From contig CAWEQH010000010.1 in NCBI GenBank assembly GCA_963811165.1, positions 832,001-896,000 of the forward strand: 64,000 nt of DNA. The letters are read 5' to 3'. This DNA is from an uncultured Nitrospiraceae bacterium. Lineage in GTDB: Bacteria; Nitrospirota; Thermodesulfovibrionia; Thermodesulfovibrionales; UBA6898. Shown here piece by piece: positions 51,441-60,081 of the stretch (within the stretch, counting starts at the first letter, position 1; every line of letters begins with the position of its first letter). The notes under the pieces were generated by a model. It was not told the DNA's origin and searched no databases. It saw nothing but the letters and a program-made list of their open reading frames with translations. A program made the translations under genes and the position numbers.

Positions 51441-53333
51441 TTAGGGGAACGATACAGACGCATTTGCATCTGCGATCGTAACCGGCTTGGTCGAATTCAG
51501 GACACCGTATTTGTACGCCTGAACCGAATACGTGCCGTTCGACATGGTCGTCGCTGTCATGTAGGTGCCACCCGCATTCGTGGTCCCCTGCGCAACAATC
51601 GTCCCGGACGAATTCTTCACGGTAATTGTCGCGCCGCTGACAACCGGACTCGTGGTTACAGCGATGCTGTACTTCGTTGTAGCCGTTCCGGAAGCTGCAA
51701 AGTCAACTCCACTTGCACTCGGTCCTACCGTTACGCTGCCCGATGCCTGCGGATTAAAGGTCACACCCGACTTGCTCGGAACAACCGTATAGGTACCGGG
51801 CTTCACATTCGTGAAGGAGTAAGTCCCAGTACCAGAAGTAGGAGTGTAGGTACTTCCGACAACGGTCGCCCCGCTCTTCAGACTGACAAGCACATTATTG
51901 ACATTCGGGGAAGCCCCGGTCACTGTGCCTGAGATCGTGAAGGTGCTGAGCGGACCGCTTGATGCAGTTGTGCTATTGCTGAGCCCACCCGCATCGGTTA
52001 CGCTCAAGGTGATGGGGTAAGTGCCTGCCGCCGTATAGGTGTGCGAGAAAGCTGCCCCCGCATTGCCCGTCGAGGAATAACCGTCACCCCAGGTTACCCT
52101 TATGGCGTTCGCCGGGAAGGCGGCGGCGTCTGTGGAAGCATCGGTGAGCGACACCGTCCAGGTATTTGCGGTCACGTTAAGGTTGCTGATTAGAGCAACG
52201 GGAGGCAGGTTTACCGGTAATGGGTTGGCAGTTGCCGAGCCGGAATATATGTGGTAATTTTGATCTCTTCCATTTAGTGTAACAACATAAGGCCCCTTAG
52301 ATGAATATACATGATCAGCGAGACAATCGGTGCTTCCAGTACCATCTCCAAAATCCCAGTTGCAGCTTACCGCATTACCCGGAGCGCCGGAAAATTCCAC
52401 CTCATAGGAGACCGGCCCGGCATACGGGTTAACTTGTACAAACGAATTTGGGTTTCCCCATGTAAATGGAGTCTGACCTCCTCCATGACACGATGTTGCG
52501 ACGCACGTGCCTCCCCCTGGATCATACGTGTACACAAAATTCACCGGACGGCCGTATGCAATGGTATTGGGGTTTGGCGCCACATCATATGTCCCGTTGG
52601 CATGTTTTGTGACGTCAAAAATGCTCCCGCCATCATGCGTCGTGGCGTAGTGGCACGTATCACAGCTCAGCGAGGCATGCTCAGTTAACAAATGGCTGTT
52701 GCTCTTTGGCTGATCTTGAGCGTATGAAGGTCTTCCATCAGTTGTACCGGCGCCGTGACATGCATTACATCCAATAGTTGTAAGAGTGTTCCATGCAGGA
52801 GAGGTGCCTGACGCAACAGTTCTTGGATCATTCAGTGGAGGAAGAGAACCGGAAGCACCGGTGTTTTGAGTACCCCCGGTGCCGTTGCTGTGACAATAAA
52901 TATTCGAGCATTTCATCGAACCGTTCTGAGTTATTGTCGTCCCGTTATTGCCGTTGTAAGTCCATGAAGGGTTAAGGGTTGTGCCATCATATATTGTACC
53001 AACTCCACTTCCGCCGTTTATGTTAAATCCCATTTGCAGCTTAGTGTTGCCGCATACAGGTGAGAATGGCATACCGTTAGAATGGCACTTATAACAAACA
53101 GGGCTTTCAGCTCCCCCAAATGTTGTGCCGGTATGCGCCAAGTGTGCTCCCGTGGTGAAACCCACTCCTGCAAGGCCGTCCGGACCGCCAAAAGTATTCA
53201 CAATAGGCGGGTTGCCATGACACTGGTTACACCCGCACTGAATATCAGCATAGGCGTAGGAAGATAACAACAGAAGACATACGATTGGTGCCAGAAAGAT
53301 GCCTTTTTTCATATCCTTTTTCTTCCCTTCCAT
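51441..53333 (-). CDS. Secreted multiheme cytochrome (CxxCH/CxxxxCH) with PKD and carboxypeptidase-regulatory-like beta domains (cytochrome A)
   Basis: Signal peptide; CNQCH, CYKCH, CSNIYCH, CNACH, CDTCH and CVATSCH; PKD motifs WDFGDG and WGDG. Confidence 0.9.
   Translation of the reverse strand: MEGKKKDMKKGIFLAPIVCLLLLSSYAYADIQCGCNQCHGNPPIVNTFGGPDGLAGVGFTTGAHLAHTGTTFGGAESPVCYKCHSNGMPFSPVCGNTKLQMGFNINGGSGVGTIYDGTTLNPSWTYNGNNGTTITQNGSMKCSNIYCHSNGTGGTQNTGASGSLPPLNDPRTVASGTSPAWNTLTTIGCNACHGAGTTDGRPSYAQDQPKSNSHLLTEHASLSCDTCHYATTHDGGSIFDVTKHANGTYDVAPNPNTIAYGRPVNFVYTYDPGGGTCVATSCHGGGQTPFTWGNPNSFVQVNPYAGPVSYEVEFSGAPGNAVSCNWDFGDGTGSTDCLADHVYSSKGPYVVTLNGRDQNYHIYSGSATANPLPVNLPPVALISNLNVTANTWTVSLTDASTDAAAFPANAIRVTWGDGYSSTGNAGAAFSHTYTAAGTYPITLSVTDAGGLSNSTTASSGPLSTFTISGTVTGASPNVNNVLVSLKSGATVVGSTYTPTSGTGTYSFTNVKPGTYTVVPSKSGVTFNPQASGSVTVGPSASGVDFAASGTATTKYSIAVTTSPVVSGATITVKNSSGTIVAQGTTNAGGTYMTATTMSNGTYSVQAYKYGVLNSTKPVTIADANASVSFP
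52894..52966. repeat. Left arm of perfect 73-bp inverted repeat
   Basis: Exact reverse complement of 54394..54466 by manual comparison. Confidence 0.85.
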
Positions 53334-53375
53334 AGAGTCCCCCCAAATATTTATATAATTCTCCGTTATTTTCTT

Positions 53376-53392
53376 CGCAAGAAAAATGCCAA
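53376..53392 (-). promoter_or_regulatory. Putative sigma-54 promoter of cytochrome A
   Basis: Minus strand TTGGCATTTTTCTTGCG matches TGGCAY-N5-TTGC. Confidence 0.75.
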
Positions 53393-53471
53393 GTCAAAAG
53401 AGAGACTTGTTTCTGAAGCAATCTCGATTTTTTACCGCGAATTGCGTGAGGCCGCAAAAAACTAAAGAGCC

Positions 53472-53492
53472 AAGCGGCAATTTTTGCCGCTT
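53472..53492. promoter_or_regulatory. Palindromic candidate enhancer (bEBP) site
   Basis: AAGCGGCAA-TTT-TTGCCGCTT about 80-100 nt upstream of the sigma-54 motif. Confidence 0.5.
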
Positions 53493-53939
53493 CCGGATTT
53501 TTTTTGGTAAAAATCTGTGTATTGGCGTTGATTTTGACCAAGATGCGGCGCCAGATCAAAGGGCCAACATGGAGAGAAGGTGACCTTAAATTGGCAGGCT
53601 ATAGGATCTTTTTGGGGCCTGCGGACCAAGTTTTTTCGCCTGACCTGAGCCAAGATCGGTACATCTAAAACCGCGTGACTAAAATAACCCTTTTTAGGGT
53701 GAGATAACCCGAATAATCGGAAAGCAATGTCATCAACTTAAATTACATAAAATTGCATAGTTAATGTCTGTTTATAACTTTGAAGTACTTCTTCTTTTTG
53801 TTATTCCTGAAAAAGGTGAGAACCCAGTGATTTCAAGGGCCTTGGATTGCCAGGTCAAGATTGGGAGTGAAAGAAGCTGAGTTTATGCGCTGACTCCAGC
53901 AGGTAATATCCTGACCAACAATTGTGCAAATGCAAAGCC

Positions 53940-53955
53940 CGGCGCGATATTTGCT
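53940..53955 (+). promoter_or_regulatory. Putative sigma-54 promoter of cytochrome B
   Basis: CGGCGCGATATTTGCT (GG-N10-GC). Confidence 0.6.
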
Positions 53956-54022
53956 GTAATCTTGTTTAGCATAAAGAACGTTCTATGCATGCACTTTATT
54001 GTTTTACAATTTGGAGGGCAAT

Positions 54023-55907
54023 ATGGAAGGGAAAAAAGATATGAGAAAAGGCATCATTCTGTCATCAATCGTACTGTCTTCTGCTGTTATCCTCCTACGC
54101 CTACACTGCTGATTTTCAGTGCGGTTGTAACCAATGTCATGGCAACCCGCCTATTGTGAACACGTTCGGCGCCCCGAACGGTCTTTCAGGGGTGGGTTTC
54201 ACCGCGGGATCACATTTGGCACATACCCATGGAACGTTTGGCGCCGCGCAGAACAACGTCTGTTATGAGTGTCATTTCAACGGTATGCCGTTCACGTCCG
54301 TGTGCGGCAATACTCAGCTGCAAATGGGATTCAACATAAACGGCGGAAGTGGAGTCGGTACCATATATGACGGCAGCACAACCCTTAACTCTCCATGGAC
54401 TTACAACGGCAATAACGGGACGACAATAACTCAGAACGGTTCGATGAAATGCTCGAATATTTATTGCCACAGCAACGGCACCGGAGGCACGGCCAATATA
54501 AACGCTATTGGAGTGCCTCCACTGACCGATCCAAGACCGCTTACAGCCAACACGTCGCCGGGTTGGGGCGGAAGTTATCCGATGGTATGCAGCAACTGGA
54601 CCGGCCAATCCTGTTCTACTTCGGTGAGCTGTCACTTAGGCGGCTATATCATTGACCCGACGCAGACCTACAACAACTCATATCGGTCGTGCTACTACTG
54701 TCATGGACCGAACCCTCCGGGCAGCTTCACTAAACCCTCATATCCCTCAAGTCCTCACAAATGTTACGGCTGCCATAACTATCCTCCGACTTACGCACAG
54801 GACCAGCCAAAGTCCAACAGTCACTGGATCCATTCTTACTGGGCATCATGCAATGCCTGTCATTTCGCAACAACATCAGATGGAATGACTATAAAGGACC
54901 CCTCAAAACATGCTAACGGAGTGTATGATGTGGTTCCCGATACTTCTGCCCTTTATAATACGACCCCGGTGAATTTCAACTATGCATACGATATCGGGGG
55001 CGGGACCTGCAGTAATATTAGTTGCCATCAAGCAAGAGGTATAGGAACAATACAGCATTGGAGCGGCGTCTGGATAAACATCAATAGGGCATGGAATAGT
55101 GGGCCGGCATGTTACCAGATAGCATTTTCCAATGTGAACGCGTGGGGCGGCATGGCGCCATATACCTATTTCTGGGATTTCGGCGACGGCACCACCTCGA
55201 CCGATCAAAATCCCACCCACATCTACCCATCAGGAGGGACGCGTAACGGAACGGTTTATGCCAGGGATGCAAACAATCATCTGGGGGCCAGTGCCGTTTG
55301 GCCTACTGCCGAATCGGTCAATACTGCCGCGGTGGCGAACTTTGCGGTCTCTGTATACGGATGGACGGTTACGTTGACAGACTTGTCCTACGACACGGAT
55401 TACAATTCCTGCGGCCATTCGGGACCGGGGCAAATACAGATTATGTGGGGAGACATGTACGCAGGCTACCCGAGAACAACAGAGGCAATTAATTTGACCG
55501 ATCAGCCGTCGGGGAAAATTTATACCCATACATACTCCACAATGACTAACCTCCCTAATGCTCAGATATTCGATATTATCACCGATAATTCAAATGTTCA
55601 GTCACAGAAATATATGGGTGTAGCTATACCTACGACTTACACGGTCAGCGGCAGGGTGGCTAACGCCGCCGGAGCGGGTTTGCAAAATGCACTTGTTTAT
55701 TTGAGAAACATGGACGGAACAGCTCCCTCCTTCGGCACAATCGTCGTGTATACGGATGCAAATGGCTATTACACCATCAGCAATACGGCCGTAGACGGGA
55801 TCTGCTATGTGGTGAAACAACCTGTTATGTACGGTTATACCTTTACTCCGGGAGATCAGACTGTTTGCTCAGCCAGCAGCACGGTGAATTTCACAGCCGC
55901 GCCTTAG
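54023..55907 (+). CDS. Secreted multiheme cytochrome with PKD domain (cytochrome B, paralog of A); +1 frameshift at ~54074
   Basis: Removing C54074 gives MEGKKDMRKGIILSSIVCLLLLSSYAYTADFQCGCNQCH in frame with ORF 54156..55907; further motifs CYECH, CSNIYCH, CSTSVSCH, CYYCH, CYGCH, CNACH and CSNISCH. Confidence 0.87.
54394..54466. repeat. Right arm of perfect 73-bp inverted repeat
   Basis: CATGGACTTACAACGG...GAATATTTATTG is the exact reverse complement of 52894..52966. Confidence 0.85.
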
Positions 55908-55928
55908 CTTCTATTCTTGTTTCTGAAG

Positions 55929-55973
55929 AATCCGGTACACACCCCCATACATAAAAGGGAAGTGTACCGGATT
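55929..55973. terminator. Inverted repeat between convergent cytochrome genes
   Basis: AATCCGGTACAC..GTGTACCGGATT. Confidence 0.55.
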
Positions 55974-56046
55974 TCCCCTACAAAACACGCTCCAATATGG
56001 GTTGACTATGTTTGAATATATTTTTAGGAACAGTCATTTCACAGAT

Positions 56047-57849
56047 TTATGGATACGACTTGTGATCATGATTCACTCCGTGGCATATAAGAGTACAGTT
56101 CCCGGAAAAAGTTCCTGTGTCAATAAACAGAGGGACATTATTGGGCGGAGTCTGACTTGGAGGAGAAACTATCCTGATATCAAAATTGATAAGATGTGTG
56201 TGATTTCCGGAAAGATGATTGTCCTGTATCCCGTGTGCATCATGGCAGGCGGAACATGGGGCTCCCGCAGCAAGATGACCGCTGTGGCCGCCCTTTTTCG
56301 TGAGAGTATTTTTCTTGAAGCTATCATCCCTTAAAATGCTGTCTCTGTTATGGCACCGGTAACAGAGTGCGTAATTCTGATACATCTCAGTAGTCCCGTC
56401 GGTTGTTTCATATTCATCCCGCAATATCGGAAAATATGCTGACCCGTGTGGCCCTCTGGACATCCCATTGTCGTCACTATGACAATCAGTGCAAAAGATA
56501 ATGCTCGATGTGGAAAGCGTAGGCGCTAACTGAGAGGGGATGCTCGGAACACTCGGGTTTCGTCCCGTTCCCTCAACGGAATGGTAGGACGGATTTATCA
56601 GATCGAAAGCCAATCTCTTGTTGGCAGTGTTCACGACTCTCGGGATAACGGTAACCTGGGGGGCTAAATCCGAATGACACTTGAAACAGATTTCATATTC
56701 ATATGTGGCATTATCGACACCGACTCTGTTCATGTCCAATCCGCTTACTTTTTCGAGTCTTCCGGAAACGTAAGGAGGCGCCGCTGTCCGGCCATTGGCG
56801 GCATGCGGGTTATGGCAATCTACGCATTCCACATGACGATTCGTGATCCATACAGGACGCTCCTTCGGGTCATGAATCGCCGTCGTAGCTTCCACAGGGT
56901 GTCTCGATATTTTCTGAAACTGTGCCTTTATGTTTTTAGTTGCGACGTTCCCGTCGTGGCAGAGATAGCAGTTTTTTTCTTCCTCCTGGAAGTACAATAA
57001 TCTTTGCGCCCCGCCCGCGGAATGAGAGGTATGGCAGCTTTCGCATCCCCATTCGGCGGCAGTAACCCATGTCGGCCATTTTTTCGGAGGCACAGGAAGG
57101 ATTCTTGCCAGGGGACGCACTGTTGCCGTGGTCTTGTGGGTCCCCATCTGCCACCCGTCGACGGCGCTATGGCATTTCGTGCAAAGAGCCGAGTAGCGAT
57201 TGTCCGCAACGAGAAATTTACCGGTAAGTTTCCCGTCGAGGTCAGGGGATTTATAGGCGTCCTCGTGGGCGTCATGACAGGTCGAGCACTCGATAAAACC
57301 GTTCCCGTAAAAGATGAGCCCAGCCGGCAAAGCCGGAAAAAGTCCGGCAAGCGGATTCAGGACCGAAGCATTATAAGAAAAGGAGAAGGGGTGGTCCCCG
57401 GATAAGATCGTGCCGAGATATGACGGTCCACCCATGCTGATTGTCCCTCTCATTGCAATCCCGGATTGAGGCCTTAGGACCTCGCCAAGCGCCACTGTAC
57501 CGTCATGGCAGCTAAGGCAAAGACGTGAAGGGCCTTTCGGCTGGGAAGGGTTGGCCGCGATTGTCGTGCTCGTATAGGGAACGTAGTTGATGGGTTTTAA
57601 CGGCTTGTTCCACAAAGGCGTTTTAGGGACCGCATTATGAGGCGTGTGACAGAAAATGCAGATCTCGGTTTCGGTGAGAGATTTGATCTCACCCGGCCCT
57701 GAAACGGATAAATTGTGTTTGGTATTCATTATGCCTTCCTTTGCAGCGGCGGCAAAATTCGGGAGAACGAGCAATATACAACTGGCCGTCAAAAAAAATA
57801 AAAAGACAGGCGAACATAGAGGTGCGTAAGACAAATATTGATATCTCAT
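56047..57849 (-). CDS. Periplasmic multiheme cytochrome c (11 CxxCH + 1 CxxxCH)
   Basis: CIFCH, CLSCH, CSTCH, CTKCH, CESCH, CYLCH, CVDCH, CFKCH, CTDCH, CYRCH, CSACH and CTLICH; signal peptide; start uncertain. Confidence 0.92.
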   Translation of the reverse strand: MRYQYLSYAPLCSPVFLFFLTASCILLVLPNFAAAAKEGIMNTKHNLSVSGPGEIKSLTETEICIFCHTPHNAVPKTPLWNKPLKPINYVPYTSTTIAANPSQPKGPSRLCLSCHDGTVALGEVLRPQSGIAMRGTISMGGPSYLGTILSGDHPFSFSYNASVLNPLAGLFPALPAGLIFYGNGFIECSTCHDAHEDAYKSPDLDGKLTGKFLVADNRYSALCTKCHSAVDGWQMGTHKTTATVRPLARILPVPPKKWPTWVTAAEWGCESCHTSHSAGGAQRLLYFQEEEKNCYLCHDGNVATKNIKAQFQKISRHPVEATTAIHDPKERPVWITNRHVECVDCHNPHAANGRTAAPPYVSGRLEKVSGLDMNRVGVDNATYEYEICFKCHSDLAPQVTVIPRVVNTANKRLAFDLINPSYHSVEGTGRNPSVPSIPSQLAPTLSTSSIIFCTDCHSDDNGMSRGPHGSAYFPILRDEYETTDGTTEMYQNYALCYRCHNRDSILRDDSFKKNTLTKKGGHSGHLAAGAPCSACHDAHGIQDNHLSGNHTHLINFDIRIVSPPSQTPPNNVPLFIDTGTFSGNCTLICHGVNHDHKSYP

Positions 57850-57865
57850 ATGTTTTTTCAAGTCC

Positions 57866-58909
57866 CTAATCCAGTCCGTGGCCATCTTCAATAATCTCAA
57901 AGATCTGTATCCTATGGTTGAACGTATCGCTCACATAGAGCTTGCCATCAGAGCCGATGGAAATCCCGGAGGGAAGCCAGAACTCAGCCTCACCCCAGCC
58001 CCTGCTTCCCACAGTCAAAAGAAATTCTCCCGCCCGGTTGAAGAGCTGAACATTATCGAAAAGAGTGTCCACGACATAGACAGTCCCTTTCTTGTCGACT
58101 GCGACACCCTTTGGCATTGAAAAATCACCCGATCCGTCACCGTGATGTCCGAAGGCAGACAAATAGGTCCCCGATGCATCAAAGATCTGGATCCTAAAAT
58201 TCAGCGTATCCGTTACGTAAATCTGTCCTGAGTAAGTCCAAACGATGTGTGTCGGATAATTGAATTCGCCCTTCCCATCGCCTCGCCGGCCGAATGAAAA
58301 GACCGCCTTCCCATTTCTGTCGAACGCATAAATCTTATTGGAGAGAGTATCGACTACATATAAAATCTTCCTATCGGAATTATACGCGAGACCCGTGGGT
58401 CTCTTCAACGTGTCCCCGTCCGCTTTTTCGATGGCAAAAAGATAATCGCCCTGATTATCAAACACGAATACTTTGCCGGCCGCCGAGTCCGATATGTACA
58501 ACCTTGATTCGTCGTCGAAAACAAGCCCCACAGGAGACCTGATGTCACTTTCCCCTGCCGTCAGGAGCTTTACATACCGTTTTTCAGAGGGAACATAAAG
58601 GTAGACACACCCAGGGGTCGCGATGGCGAGTCTCCCGACATGATCCGTAGTGACAGCTACAGGGCGCATGAGCTCGTCTTGGCCCAGACCAAAAAATACG
58701 CTTTTCGGAGAGACGCCAGTCTCTTTGAAACCCGTAATCGTGGCGACATGCCTAATTATCGGCTTTTCAGGCGGCTGCGGCCACAGGAACTCGGCACTTG
58801 AGGGCTTCTGTTGTATGACCCAATTAGTCGCGCACCCCAAAGCCGCAAAGGGAATGAGAATACACAATGTCCCCAGCATCTTTCGCGTTGTCCTATTATT
58901 TCCATTCAT
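57866..58909 (-). CDS. NHL-repeat beta-propeller lipoprotein
   Basis: Lipobox ALGC; WPQPP; repeated F..P.G...IYV.D..N.RIQIF units. Confidence 0.9.
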   Translation of the reverse strand: MNGNNRTTRKMLGTLCILIPFAALGCATNWVIQQKPSSAEFLWPQPPEKPIIRHVATITGFKETGVSPKSVFFGLGQDELMRPVAVTTDHVGRLAIATPGCVYLYVPSEKRYVKLLTAGESDIRSPVGLVFDDESRLYISDSAAGKVFVFDNQGDYLFAIEKADGDTLKRPTGLAYNSDRKILYVVDTLSNKIYAFDRNGKAVFSFGRRGDGKGEFNYPTHIVWTYSGQIYVTDTLNFRIQIFDASGTYLSAFGHHGDGSGDFSMPKGVAVDKKGTVYVVDTLFDNVQLFNRAGEFLLTVGSRGWGEAEFWLPSGISIGSDGKLYVSDTFNHRIQIFEIIEDGHGLD

Positions 58910-58953
58910 GTTTTTATGCTATGCAAAAAACCTGCTATGTATGAGAGATTGGC

Positions 58954-59949
58954 TCACTGATTCCCTTCCATCGTTTTCACTATCTCGATCTTCGCGTCAT
59001 GTTTCAATTCAGTTTCCCATTCCCTGATCCTCTTCTGCCGCGCTTCGAATTTCAGTCTTGCCTCGAGAAGAGGCTGAGCTTCTTCAAAAGTATGCAGCTC
59101 CTCAGGCTCATATTGATCGAGTTTAATGATATGGAGGCCGTTGGACAATTTCAAAACGCCCGAAAGCTCGCCAACCTTGAGCTTCTTTGTCTCACTGTAG
59201 AGTTCAGGCTCTTTCTCTTTCTTAATCTGAAATTGCCTCACGATAAACGTGCCGTCCGGTGTGAGGGTATTTGGGTTTTTATCCTTGTCGTTTTCAATCC
59301 TGAGGAGGATATCCTCTGCCATCCTTATCGAATCCTTATCATCGGCCTTCAAAAAAATGACCACATCGCTGATAATAGCTTTTTCCGGCTTGTTAAACTT
59401 CTCTTTCGTCTTTTCGTATTCCTTTCTGACATCATCCTCCCTGACGACAATCCTCTCCTGCACCTCTTTATCGAACACGAGATCAAAAATCAGGCCCCTT
59501 TCGATCTGTGCGGCCAATTCCGCCTCGGTAAGCGCTTCCCGATCAAGGAAGTTCTTGTACTTTTCCTCACTCCCCAGGTTCTTCTTCAGTTTGGCGATTG
59601 CCTCTTCAATGCTCTTGTGTTCCACTTTCAGTCCCAAGACTTTCGCCTTCTGACATGCAAGTTCCTGTAATATCAGCAGATCGATCGCCCGCTGCCTTAT
59701 ATTGCCGGGCGAATGGAATTCCTTTGTTGCCTTCCCGCCAATTCGCCTCACCTCGGTAGCAACTGACTTCTCGGTAATAGGTACCCCGTTGACCTTCGCT
59801 ACGTTCTCATCCCCCGCCTTACCGTGTCCCGCGCCCTCCCCGGTCCGGCCCTCAGGCCCCTGCTTGACCTCTCCTATGGCAAAGGTCTGAAACGATATAC
59901 AGACAAATACCAGCGCCAATACTGCAACAACCCCCCAAGCTCTTTTCAT
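58954..59949 (-). CDS. SurA/PrsA-like peptidyl-prolyl isomerase/foldase
   Basis: VAKVNGVPIT, LKVGELSGV...GLHIIKL and L..DAKIEI. Confidence 0.82.
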   Translation of the reverse strand: MKRAWGVVAVLALVFVCISFQTFAIGEVKQGPEGRTGEGAGHGKAGDENVAKVNGVPITEKSVATEVRRIGGKATKEFHSPGNIRQRAIDLLILQELACQKAKVLGLKVEHKSIEEAIAKLKKNLGSEEKYKNFLDREALTEAELAAQIERGLIFDLVFDKEVQERIVVREDDVRKEYEKTKEKFNKPEKAIISDVVIFLKADDKDSIRMAEDILLRIENDKDKNPNTLTPDGTFIVRQFQIKKEKEPELYSETKKLKVGELSGVLKLSNGLHIIKLDQYEPEELHTFEEAQPLLEARLKFEARQKRIREWETELKHDAKIEIVKTMEGNQ

Positions 59950-60081
59950 GTGCATTCTCCATTTCATATTCATACTATTGCTGTATTTATTTTGCAGAAG
60001 GAACAGCCCTGAAAAAATCCGGGGAATTCCTCCACAATTCCGATGCATTGTTGTTTTTATTTTATTCTTTTTCATTTTCGT

